From an uncultured archaeon (GTDB lineage: Archaea > Asgardarchaeota > Jordiarchaeia > Jordiarchaeales > Jordiarchaeaceae), in contig CAZECW010000071.1 of assembly GCA_964510585.1 (NCBI GenBank), positions 1 through 28,609 on the forward strand: a DNA stretch of 28,609 nucleotides. Direction: 5' to 3'. Each line of letters opens with the position of its first letter. Within the stretch, counting starts at the first letter, position 1. Shown here one piece after another: positions 16,802-26,337 of the stretch. The notes below the pieces were generated by a model, which ran no database searches, was not told where the DNA came from, and saw only the letters and a program-made list of their open reading frames with translations. The position numbers and the translations under genes are program-made.

Positions 16802-19188
16802 TTGCTATGTCTAACTCCAGTCATTCATCAAAAAAGAGGGAAGAGCTCCCTTTGGAACCCGAAAGCAATGGAGACTTTATCCACTCCTTACTACCCCCCG
16901 TGAGGACTTCGAGGGGTACAATCGAGAACTTTGATGTTTCTAAAATAATTAAAAGTCTTGTTAAAGAAACAGGAATCGAAAAAGAGAAGGCTGCTGAGGT
17001 AGCAAAAAGAATTGTACAACGAATCATATCCTCTAATATCCAATGGCTTTCAAGTCCCATGATACGGGAAATGGCCTGCTCAGTACTAGCCGAAATGGGT
17101 ATGGTTGAGGAAAGAAAGCGGTATACCAGAATTGGTGTGCCGATTTATGACCTAAACGAGATGATTGTTAATCCACTCAAGCATACTTGGAATGCAAACT
17201 TACAGATAAATCCCGAAACTATTGCTAAAATAGTTTATGACAAAGTTATGTCCGAACACACTTACCTAACATTACCCGGATATTTAGAAGTTGAGGTTCC
17301 CTCTGGGAAAACTTTAAGATTCACAACCAACATAGCCGACGCTCACTTAATGGGTGACAACTATCACAAAGATAGGGAATACACCAGCATAAGAGATTAC
17401 TGCGCATCATGGGATCCCAGACTATTTATGGTTTTAGGATTAGAGCCAGATGGGCTGCAGGGCGCTCACTCTTCAAGCGCTGGGCCTGCCAAACACCTAA
17501 TAGTTTTTACAAACCATGCTGCAATATGGCTTGCCTCGTGGCAAAGTAATATGTCTGGAGGCCAAGGATTTCACAATTGGATGGAGTCAATTGCCTGGTA
17601 CCTAAAAGAATTAAAACAAGAAGAACTCACAAGGGCGGCACAAAACTTAGTATCCAGTATGAACCCTGCTACCTTAAACCTTAATGAAGCTTTATACGCA
17701 AAATTCAGCCAGATCCCCAAGGAGATAATAGATTCCATAGTGGCTTACACTATGAGAGTTTTTTATGAGCGTGAAGTGGAACAAGCTTGCCAACACACAC
17801 CTTTTATCGCTACTCAACAGTATGTTGCCCGTGGTGGCCAAGTGCCCTTCACTTCCATTGATATTGGCCCTGGTATAAAAAAGGAATTTATGGATGAGCC
17901 AGTAATCATGCCCGGCGGCAAAGTTAGTGAACGCTATGTTTATGGAGATTTTGTTGAAGAAGTTAAAAAATACTTTATAACTCTGATGAAAACAATGTAT
18001 AACGGCGATAGGCACGGTAAACTTTTCAATTATCCAAAGATTAACATAGAACTTCGCGAAGAATGGATGAAGCCTGAGTTTGAGGAGGCCTATATCTGGG
18101 CTGCAAAGTTAACCGCTAAGTACGGTCTTCCCTATTTTGTAAACTACCTCAATTGGAGAAGAAAAATCGTTGGCGGGTGCGTATCCTGCTGTTCCCATAC
18201 TTGGGCAGCAGACACTCCAGAACAAAAGGAGGAATACCTCACAGGAAATGCAGTGTTCGGCGCGATTCAAATGGATACTCCCAACCCTGTTGCTAGTGCT
18301 GCCAGAACTTTTAAACAGGACGAGAGTAAGTTTTTCGAAGACTTTACACAAATAATAAATAATGTGACTATACCAAGCCTTCTAAACCGATATAACATAA
18401 TTAAAAGAATTAAAAAACTTGGGCTAGCTCCACTATACAATGTTAAACGTCCAAATGGAAAAGATATGATTATTCCTGAAGAGCGGAAGCTTCTTATAGG
18501 AACCATCGGTTTCGCTGAAATGACCGAAATAGTGGTCGGTTACCCACTTTGGCATGAAGAGGGATTGAAATTTGCATTAAAGGTTATAAAAACAATGCAG
18601 GCACTGGCTGATGAGTGGTCAGAGGAAACTGGGCTCTCCATACAGATAACTAGGACACCTGCTGAGTCGGCTGCTGGTAGACTTGCTAAAATAATGTATG
18701 AACGGTATCCTGAAATTCGACCGTTTCTTAGAGGTAGTTATCCAAATGTTTATCTGACGAACTCGGTTCACCAGCCGGTAGACGCAGATATACCGTTATC
18801 TGAAAGAATAAAGAAGGAAGCAATGTTTGCTCCGCTCCTTGGAGGAGGCTTCCTTCAGCACATTTTCTTGGACGATGCTTATCCGGATCCTGAAGCCCTA
18901 TGGAAATTCATTCAAAAAATAGCCAGAAACACTCTTACTGCTTATTTTGATTTCACAGTGGATATGTGGACTTGTAGCAGTTGCCACAGTCAGGGGCGAA
19001 TGGATTGGAAACAGAACCAGTTCAATTCCGTAGAGGAACTCTTAGACTTTAAATGCCCGAAGTGTGGGAGCCCAAATGCCGAAATTCTTTCAAGAATAAC
19101 GGGATACCTGCAAGGGCTGAAAGGAACTTGGAATGATCCCAAAAAGCAAGAATTTCTAGAACGCAGAAGGTATAACCTAAATATTTAG
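16798..19188 (+). CDS. nrdD: Anaerobic (class III) ribonucleoside-triphosphate reductase with N-terminal ATP cone
   Basis: ATP cone (VRTSRGTIENFDVSKI), RGGQVPFTS, FNYP, SCC finger loop, IGTIGFAE, RTPAESAAGRLA, YLTNS, CSSC/CPKC zinc site, glycyl-radical SRITG769YL. Start may be ATG 16807. Confidence 0.95.
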   Translation: MIAMSNSSHSSKKREELPLEPESNGDFIHSLLPPVRTSRGTIENFDVSKIIKSLVKETGIEKEKAAEVAKRIVQRIISSNIQWLSSPMIREMACSVLAEMGMVEERKRYTRIGVPIYDLNEMIVNPLKHTWNANLQINPETIAKIVYDKVMSEHTYLTLPGYLEVEVPSGKTLRFTTNIADAHLMGDNYHKDREYTSIRDYCASWDPRLFMVLGLEPDGLQGAHSSSAGPAKHLIVFTNHAAIWLASWQSNMSGGQGFHNWMESIAWYLKELKQEELTRAAQNLVSSMNPATLNLNEALYAKFSQIPKEIIDSIVAYTMRVFYEREVEQACQHTPFIATQQYVARGGQVPFTSIDIGPGIKKEFMDEPVIMPGGKVSERYVYGDFVEEVKKYFITLMKTMYNGDRHGKLFNYPKINIELREEWMKPEFEEAYIWAAKLTAKYGLPYFVNYLNWRRKIVGGCVSCCSHTWAADTPEQKEEYLTGNAVFGAIQMDTPNPVASAARTFKQDESKFFEDFTQIINNVTIPSLLNRYNIIKRIKKLGLAPLYNVKRPNGKDMIIPEERKLLIGTIGFAEMTEIVVGYPLWHEEGLKFALKVIKTMQALADEWSEETGLSIQITRTPAESAAGRLAKIMYERYPEIRPFLRGSYPNVYLTNSVHQPVDADIPLSERIKKEAMFAPLLGGGFLQHIFLDDAYPDPEALWKFIQKIARNTLTAYFDFTVDMWTCSSCHSQGRMDWKQNQFNSVEELLDFKCPKCGSPNAEILSRITGYLQGLKGTWNDPKKQEFLERRRYNLNI

Positions 19189-19269
19189 ATTCCTTCTCTT
19201 ATTTCAACTTTAAAAATCTTTCATAAAATTTGGTAAACCCAAATTTCTCTTTTTTCGTCTTCAAAAGGC

Positions 19270-20268
19270 TTATTTTTTGGTGTTATTGCTGAACGGTTCA
19301 GGTTTCGCTTCTATTCCCAACCTCGCCTTAATTTCTTCCGCCAGTCTGGATGCTTCACCCGGACGAGCGTTATCAGTTATTACTAATTTCGGTTTACACT
19401 CTTCCACATACTTAATTAGTTGGTTAAAATCTGCATGTCCACTAAATGAAAAAATATACTCTCTTGATGAAACTTTTTTGTATGCTGTTCCGAATTGCCA
19501 CCCTGTTAGATGTATGAAAACGGAATCCTCAGATATTTTAGGTCTGGATGATGGATGGTAAAACTCGATGTGCTGTTGCGATTTAGTTATCCTCCTCCCT
19601 AATTCACTATTTGAGGAGTAGAACTCACCTAGATTAATACCGTATTTTTCATAAATCTTTGAAATCGAGTAAACCTTCGGTGGATTAATGAAGGGTACTT
19701 CAATTTTCTCCTTGCGAAGTAAACTCATTACTTCTTGGAGCTTTCCATAGAATCCCAAGATGATGATTGAGTTATTATTCTCTAACTCTTCACGAACAAA
19801 ATTAATTAATTCACGTCTAATAGTGCTGAGGGAAGGCCGAATACAAGTGGGGTGACCGTATGTAGCATCTAAAACTAGAACGTCACACTCTATTGCCTGT
19901 ATTTTCTCATAAACAAAATCGCTACTATAAAGGTACCTTTCCCCATTCTCTGTTTCTACTAAGACTTGTGCTGCCCCAAGAATATGTCCAGAAGGATACA
20001 GGGTAATAGTGTTCTTCTCGTAATTGAAGGGAGTTCCGTAGAGGGGGGTAATCATTTGTAATGGATACAGTCCCTCCATAACTTCAAGTAAATCCTTAGT
20101 GGCAGGAGTTGAGCAGATTAAATCACATTCTCTAATACTCCTTTCTAATCCCTGAAGGTGATCTGAATGTACATGAGTTATAACTCTTATCTTACTGCCG
20201 GGAACATACCCATCGCAAATAACTTTATCCAGAATAATGGCGCCTGAATTTGTAATACTCACTCCCAT
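19270..20268 (-). CDS. Metallo-beta-lactamase / beta-CASP family nuclease
   Basis: THVHSDH, SGHILGAAQ, YSSD, DATYG and C-terminal FSGHADF motifs. Confidence 0.85.
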   Translation of the reverse strand: MGVSITNSGAIILDKVICDGYVPGSKIRVITHVHSDHLQGLERSIRECDLICSTPATKDLLEVMEGLYPLQMITPLYGTPFNYEKNTITLYPSGHILGAAQVLVETENGERYLYSSDFVYEKIQAIECDVLVLDATYGHPTCIRPSLSTIRRELINFVREELENNNSIIILGFYGKLQEVMSLLRKEKIEVPFINPPKVYSISKIYEKYGINLGEFYSSNSELGRRITKSQQHIEFYHPSSRPKISEDSVFIHLTGWQFGTAYKKVSSREYIFSFSGHADFNQLIKYVEECKPKLVITDNARPGEASRLAEEIKARLGIEAKPEPFSNNTKK

Positions 20269-20430
20269 AAAATCAACCTACTGTTTAGAGCTATACCGGC
20301 TCTGTCTCCGGATGCGATTGGAATTTAAAAGTTGTTAATTCCTATAACTATACTATGAAATCAAGATTTTAGTGTTTATTGTTAAGTATACTGGTATAAT
20401 ATTTATGGAAGTTTTTGGAAATAGTTTCTG

Positions 20431-21126
20431 GTGTTCGAAGTGCAAAAAAGGCTGTTCGATGAGGCAATTTCCAGAAAAGATTTTATTGAAGCATATAGGA
20501 TAGCAAAATACGTTTTACGCGATGAGAAAAAAGCTTGTGATCTTTACGTAGCTGCTTTGAGTTCTATTGGAAACTTGATACAAACTGGTGTGAACTTAAA
20601 AGAGAGGGGTGATTATGAGGAGGCGGCTAAACTTTTTTTGCGCTGTGCTGAATTTTTTGAAGGGGAGAGAGATTACGGTAGAGCAAGCGGGTTTTTTATA
20701 GAAGTTGGTGATTGCTTCTCAGCGACAAATAATGCGAACAAGGCGCGAGACAGTTTTGTACGCGGATACGAACTTGCCATCCTGGACTGGAAAAATTTTA
20801 ATCTTGCCAAAAAAGTCGCTTCTATGAGTGTGTTGCTCTTTGTCCTAACTTCTCTAATTAATGAAGATAGGATAGGAGCAAAAAAGATATTTAACCTAGT
20901 AAGATCCTCCTTAGAAGAGAAAGAGCGTCGAAAGTTGCGTAGGCAGGACTATTATTGGTTAGCCAAAGAGATTTACACCTCTCTTCTCAAAGAAAGTACA
21001 ATAGACTGGGTGAATCTTAAAAATATGCAAGCAAGATACGAGAAAACCGATTTTTTAACTTTGATGCAGGATCTATCCAAATCATATTATACAGTAAATA
21101 AGTTTCTAAAGAAATTTCAAAAATGA
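20431..21126 (+). CDS. All-helical TPR/SNAP-like hypothetical protein
   Basis: Helical repeats such as GDYEEAAKLFLRCAEFF and DYGRASGFFIEVGDCF...KARDSFVRGYELA; GTG start. Confidence 0.6.
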   Translation: MFEVQKRLFDEAISRKDFIEAYRIAKYVLRDEKKACDLYVAALSSIGNLIQTGVNLKERGDYEEAAKLFLRCAEFFEGERDYGRASGFFIEVGDCFSATNNANKARDSFVRGYELAILDWKNFNLAKKVASMSVLLFVLTSLINEDRIGAKKIFNLVRSSLEEKERRKLRRQDYYWLAKEIYTSLLKESTIDWVNLKNMQARYEKTDFLTLMQDLSKSYYTVNKFLKKFQK

Positions 21127-21230
21127 ACATGGTAAATAGTCTTACGAATAAAAAATATTAATCAATATTGATTGGTAACCCCACTGGATTTAAAAATTTT
21201 ACAAGACTAACTATCGAGGCGTGGCTAAAT

Positions 21231-23213
21231 TTGGAAGAAGATAAAAAGCCCATTTTTGAAGTCGCCAAACATGATGGCCCGGGTAGAATTGGAAGGATAG
21301 AGTTAACAGATAAAAAAATTCTGACCCCCTCAATTATTCACGCTAAATATCCTCATATAAATTATGTTTCTGAAGAAATGTTAATTTTTAATATTCTCCC
21401 TGACTCTTTAAAAGAAAACAGTTATGTAAATGTTTTTATGACAAACACGGCTAATCCTCTCATTTATGACAACTTAGATCAATGTTTGGAAGACCAATTA
21501 AAATTACAGCCAAAGATTTTAACAGTTCCCTGCGGCCTTTTTTTAGAACTGGAACGGGAAAACACTAGAAAGTTTTTCGATAATCTACTTAAGAATTCTG
21601 TCTATTTCAAAGAAAGAGCTGAAAAAAGGTATCTCGCGGTTCCAATATTCTATTCAAGGTATTTCGATCTGTGTGAAAAGCACATATTTGATCTCTCTCA
21701 ACTAGGTTTTGACGTTTATATTTTGAAGAATATAGGGAACGTTATAGGGAATCCCCGTGAGTTGGTAGAATTTATTATAAAGGTCAGGGGAAAAATTCCG
21801 CCTAACTCTTTAGTTTATGTTCCGGGTCCAATTCATCCCGCATACTATTCTCATCTAGTCTATTTCGGAGTTGATATTTTCGATACAACACTTATGATAC
21901 AGGAGGCAAGAAGAAATAATTTATTACAAGAATTTGGGTCAAAAAAGATTTGGGATTTAGTTGAACTTCCTTGCAACTGTGAGATATGTTCAACATACAC
22001 TATTTCTGAATTAAGAGAGATGCATTCAAATGAGCGCTTTTATAAATTATTGCAACACAACATTCTTTTTTCAACCTCTGTATTAAAAAAGATTAGGTTA
22101 GATATAAGAGAGGGGTTCCTGCGGGAGAGAGTGGAGCTATCATCACATTACTCACCGGCAATGGCGGCCTCCCTTCGAATTATGGATAACACTCACTATA
22201 ATTTTCTTGAGGAGTACACTCCAATTGCTAAAAAGGGAATGGTATATTGTATAGGGTCGGAGTCCTATAATAGGCCGGAAATTAAACGATTTAGAATAAG
22301 GGTTTCAGAACGATATACCCCCATCATAGGTATCAAAACGGTAGTCATTTTACCCTGCTCCGCAAAAAAGCCCTACTCACTTTCACAATCACATAAAAGG
22401 TTTAGGAAAGTTATAAGAAGTGTTGGTAAGGGAATGATACAAGAGGTTATACTTTCGTCCCCCCTTGGACTTGTTCCAAGAGAGCTAGAACAAGTTTATC
22501 CCGCGGCGCATTATGATATTCCCGTGACAGGCGATTGGGATTACGAAGAAATAGAAATCGCTTCAAGTTCTCTCTCAAAATATTTGGAAAAGTTAGATAA
22601 AGAAACGGTAGTAATAGCACATTTAGATGGAGGATACCGCAAAGCCTGTTTAAAGGCTTCCGAGATTTCTGGAAAAGATATTATATTCACCGAGGTGAGC
22701 GGCAACATAACTGGAGAAAAAAGCTTGTCTAGTTTAAAAAGAAATCTAGAAGAGTATGCTGACTTGTCAGGCTCTAAAAAGATTGGGGCAATAGACTGTT
22801 TGAGAAAAATCGCTGACTACCAATTCGGGATAGGCGCCGCAGAAAAGCTAATACCTAACGATGCAGATTTTAGGAGAGATAGGATGGGGAATGTGAAAAT
22901 TTTAGTAGACCAAAAATTAATTGCTGTATTTACCCCAATATTTGGTTTACTTAGAATGACCCTAAAAGGCGCCGAAAGGTTAGTTGGTCACGGCTATTGG
23001 ATAGAATTTGATGGAGATATTCTAGATGGAAAAAACCTTTTCGCTCCAGGCGTTAAAGATGCAGACCCACAGATTAGACCGGGAGACTCTGTAATGATTT
23101 ATAATGTGGAAAAAGAACTAATTGCTGTGGGGATATCTAATATGAGTGGATTAGAGATGAAACAATGTAAAAAAGGTGTTGCCGTTGAGCTCACCGAGAA
23201 AAAGAAGGATTAA
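21231..23213 (+). CDS. arcS: Archaeosine synthase ArcS (TGT-like domain, lysine transferase domain, PUA domain)
   Basis: HDGPGRIG, GVDIFD, LPCNCEIC zinc site, ILPCSAKKPYSLSQSH (PCx3KPYx2Sx2H), YPAAHYDIPVTGDW, PUA LFAPGVKDADPQIRPGD. Start set at TTG 21231 after GAGG; the ORF track extends to 21168. Confidence 0.9.
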   Translation: MEEDKKPIFEVAKHDGPGRIGRIELTDKKILTPSIIHAKYPHINYVSEEMLIFNILPDSLKENSYVNVFMTNTANPLIYDNLDQCLEDQLKLQPKILTVPCGLFLELERENTRKFFDNLLKNSVYFKERAEKRYLAVPIFYSRYFDLCEKHIFDLSQLGFDVYILKNIGNVIGNPRELVEFIIKVRGKIPPNSLVYVPGPIHPAYYSHLVYFGVDIFDTTLMIQEARRNNLLQEFGSKKIWDLVELPCNCEICSTYTISELREMHSNERFYKLLQHNILFSTSVLKKIRLDIREGFLRERVELSSHYSPAMAASLRIMDNTHYNFLEEYTPIAKKGMVYCIGSESYNRPEIKRFRIRVSERYTPIIGIKTVVILPCSAKKPYSLSQSHKRFRKVIRSVGKGMIQEVILSSPLGLVPRELEQVYPAAHYDIPVTGDWDYEEIEIASSSLSKYLEKLDKETVVIAHLDGGYRKACLKASEISGKDIIFTEVSGNITGEKSLSSLKRNLEEYADLSGSKKIGAIDCLRKIADYQFGIGAAEKLIPNDADFRRDRMGNVKILVDQKLIAVFTPIFGLLRMTLKGAERLVGHGYWIEFDGDILDGKNLFAPGVKDADPQIRPGDSVMIYNVEKELIAVGISNMSGLEMKQCKKGVAVELTEKKKD

Positions 23214-23216
23214 AAA

Positions 23217-24299
23217 ATGCTAGGATGCAATGATTCTGAATTATCCAGTAAGATATTTGAAATCCGTCAAAAAGGTCTAAACAGATACAGAGAGGACTTT
23301 ACCAGAAGGCCTGTAAAATTCTGGTTGGAAAAGGACAGGTTGTTAAATAAGGTTGGAACATCTCTAGTGGTTATTCTTGCTACAAGAGGCTGCAGCTGGG
23401 CTTTATCAGATAAGGGAGGCTGCTCCATGTGCGGGTACATATATGACACGCCTATTACTGTCCCTGATTCCGAATCTTTAATTAAACAATTTGATTTGGC
23501 TTATGATGCCTGCCGCTCAGTTGAAGGTTCCTTAGCAATCAAAATTTTTACTTCTGGTAGTTTTTTGGACGAGCAGGAGGTTCCTAAAGCTGCAAGGAAA
23601 GCTATTTTTAAAAAAATCGCGTCAGATGAACGGGTTGAGGAAGTAATTGTGGAAACAAGACCGCAGTATGTGAATTATGAACTTTTAAGCGAATGCCACG
23701 ACATACTAAGGGACATCTATTTAGAGATAGGAATTGGCCTTGAAACAAGTAACGATGAAATCAGGAATCATTACATAAACAAAGGTTTCAATCTAAATGA
23801 GTTTGAGAGAGCTGTTTCAATAGCTAATAAAAGCGGGGTCGGTGTAAAGTCATACATACTTATTAAACCACCATTTCTAAGGGAAAGAGAAGCCATAATA
23901 GATTCTATACAGTCTGCTGAGGACTCTTTTAAAATCGGCGTAAATTCCATATCCTTTAATCCCTGCACAGTTCACAGAGGCACTCTAGTGGAATACCTTT
24001 GGAATCAGGGTAAGTATAGGCCTCCATGGCTTTGGAGTGTGATTGAAATCCTGAAAATCATCTCTAAGAATCTAACTAAAAACAAAAGAATTATCTGCAG
24101 TTTAGTAGGGATAGGAAGTGAAAAGGGCCCACATAACTGTGGAAAATGTGATAAAAGAATTAAAGACCTTTTGGCTGAATTCACATTAAATCAAAATCCG
24201 GAAGTACTGCTAAAGGCTGAGTGTGACTGTAAAAGTGAGTGGCGTGACTACTGTGAAGAGGAATTTATTTGGGACAGGACGCCCGATAAATACAAGTAA
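23217..24299 (+). CDS. raSEA: Radical SAM enzyme for archaeosine formation (RaSEA)
   Basis: TRGCSW...GGCSMCGY atypical cluster motif, IFTSGSFLD, VETRP, IGLET, YRPPWLWS; 3 nt downstream of arcS. Confidence 0.88.
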   Translation: MLGCNDSELSSKIFEIRQKGLNRYREDFTRRPVKFWLEKDRLLNKVGTSLVVILATRGCSWALSDKGGCSMCGYIYDTPITVPDSESLIKQFDLAYDACRSVEGSLAIKIFTSGSFLDEQEVPKAARKAIFKKIASDERVEEVIVETRPQYVNYELLSECHDILRDIYLEIGIGLETSNDEIRNHYINKGFNLNEFERAVSIANKSGVGVKSYILIKPPFLREREAIIDSIQSAEDSFKIGVNSISFNPCTVHRGTLVEYLWNQGKYRPPWLWSVIEILKIISKNLTKNKRIICSLVGIGSEKGPHNCGKCDKRIKDLLAEFTLNQNPEVLLKAECDCKSEWRDYCEEEFIWDRTPDKYK

Positions 24300-24405
24300 A
24301 TTAAGGAATCTTTTAATTTTCTCAAAGATAAATGGGTAGACTTATTTTCAAAAATGAGTATACTAATAAATAGATTGGACACACAAAAATTTGGAGGATT
24401 AAAAG

Positions 24406-24942
24406 ATGAGTCCGATAGTTGTGTTTCAGGAAAAAAAACCAAAGATACATAAAGATGCATATGTGAGCCCACAAGCCACCTTGGTAGGAGATGTTGAAGT
24501 AGGAGAATACTCAAACATTTGGCCGGGTAGCGTAATCAGGGGAGACTTTTCAAAAGTACAAATCGGCGCCTACACTAATATTCAAGACGGATGCGTTATT
24601 CATGCCCACTCAGAGGACGCCCCAGTTATCTTAGGAAACTTTGTCAGTGTTGGAAGCAATGTGGTGATGCATGGTTGTTACTGTGGAGACGCAGTTACGA
24701 TAGGTGACGGCGTAATAATATATGAAGGCGTAACCATCGGGGAAGGAGCCTTCGTTGCCCCGGGATCCATTCTGGTACAAAACATGGTCGTACCCCCCCG
24801 GTTATCTGTTTCAGGCGCGCCGGCAAAACAAGTTCGAGAATTGTCAAGAGAAGACATAACAAGACAAAAAGAAAGAGCTGAAATCATCGCCAGAGTATTT
24901 CACAAACTCCGCAGATGGTTACCTTCAGAATCAACATTCTAA
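24406..24942 (+). CDS. Gamma-carbonic-anhydrase-like hexapeptide-repeat protein
   Basis: LVGDVEVG, IWPGSVIRGD, IGAYTNIQDGCVIH, VMHGC left-handed beta-helix; second Zn-ligand His replaced by Ser. Confidence 0.85.
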   Translation: MSPIVVFQEKKPKIHKDAYVSPQATLVGDVEVGEYSNIWPGSVIRGDFSKVQIGAYTNIQDGCVIHAHSEDAPVILGNFVSVGSNVVMHGCYCGDAVTIGDGVIIYEGVTIGEGAFVAPGSILVQNMVVPPRLSVSGAPAKQVRELSREDITRQKERAEIIARVFHKLRRWLPSESTF

Positions 24943-25534
24943 GCTTCACTCCATATTTTCCAATAGTCAGGCAGTTACTCTAAAAGTAATAATTAGACCC
25001 TACATAGGTTAAGAAGGAACGCATAAGGCCTAATGGCTACAGAAATATTAAAATTAATCTATAACTCTTTTTTTCAACAATTATCCTCTAACATGATTAT
25101 TAACTCTAGTAAGTTAAAATTGTCAGTTCCCATATTTGCTTTTGTACGACTATCTTACTAAGACGCTTTTACTACTTGTTTTAACCCTAAAATACCTATT
25201 TAATTTAGTCCTTAATTTTCTGGTAAATATTTTTGTTCTGTCCAAGCGAACCCTACACTAGGCGAATTTTCCACAGATGTCTTTTTTCATTTTCCAAACT
25301 CTATATGCCCCCTGGTGGTATTATGAAACTCAATTAAAACCTGTTCCAAAAAGACTAGTACTACCTTCCCCGGCTTGCCAAACTTAAAAACAAAAGGTGC
25401 AGAAGATAGTTTTATACGTTTTCAGATTATCCCTAACCACCTCGTTCGCTAAATAATGCCCAAATTATAATTGAAGAGGTTCAGGGGGCAACTACAAAAA
25501 GAGGGTGAATAGCCGAATAGGACTAATATGTACT

Positions 25535-26323
25535 TTATGACGAGAAAAGTTTTTCTAGTTGATTAACAGCGGATTCGGTCCATATGGTTAGCCTTCCCGG
25601 CGTGGTTCCTGGTGCTAATAGTTCTGCATTTAAGTTTTTTACATTTACTATGTCTAAACCTGGATGATTTCTTGATGCTTTAACTATACCTTGATCTTCA
25701 TTTATCACTATTAGTACACTTTTGGGCTTCTTGTATTTTCTTCCACGGCTTTTTCCTCTTCCCGATCTGACCTTCTTGCCATTTTTGGCTCTCAATATGT
25801 CCGGCCACACTCCCAATTTGATAAACAGGTTTCTTGTTTCGGAGGTGGTGCTAATGTTCTGCACTTCGTCAGACACTATTAGGGGTAACTCTGGCACCTT
25901 TTCGATTAAATGTCCTCTCTTTTTAACTATCTCTGGTTTCGCAGTGGCAGCTATAGCTGAGCAGATTGCTAATTTTCTTTCCTTCTTATTGATTTTCTCT
26001 AGGTATCTTTTTTCTGGTTTGGGTGGGTGTGCTCTTCTGCCTCCTACCGCCATGGTTACTAGTGCGCCACGCATAGCCGCGGGATACCGTGAACCCTTTA
26101 CTCTAGGCGTTCTAGAAATACCCAAACCGGGGCCCCGAGATTCAGCAGTTGTTCGTTTACCTGCTTTTTCATTTACTCCGTAGGGTTGAATCCTCGCAGT
26201 CATTGAGGACAACACTGCTCTTTTAATGAGATCTGGCCTATATGGTGTGGTGAATACCTCGGGTAGTTTAATGCTGCGTATCGGTTCTCCGTTAAGTCCA
26301 TAAACGTTAACTTTTTTCGCCAT
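25535..26323 (-). CDS. rpl4p: Ribosomal protein L4 (uL4)
   Basis: RPDLIKRAV, GISRTPR, AVGGRRAHPP, LAPGTTPGRLTIWTE. Confidence 0.97.
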   Translation of the reverse strand: MAKKVNVYGLNGEPIRSIKLPEVFTTPYRPDLIKRAVLSSMTARIQPYGVNEKAGKRTTAESRGPGLGISRTPRVKGSRYPAAMRGALVTMAVGGRRAHPPKPEKRYLEKINKKERKLAICSAIAATAKPEIVKKRGHLIEKVPELPLIVSDEVQNISTTSETRNLFIKLGVWPDILRAKNGKKVRSGRGKSRGRKYKKPKSVLIVINEDQGIVKASRNHPGLDIVNVKNLNAELLAPGTTPGRLTIWTESAVNQLEKLFSS

Positions 26324-26337
26324 TTGAATCGCTTCCT

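Noticed and set aside
16798-19188. Intein in NrdD
   Set aside because: No C/S-start...HN-C/S/T splice junctions or LAGLIDADG motifs; extra segments are too short.
25306-25490. 9-bp inverted repeat TGCCCCCTG/CAGGGGGCA flanking about 185 nt (MITE-like)
   Set aside because: No target-site duplication, the repeat does not extend, and a 9-mer match is plausible by chance in a 600-nt spacer.
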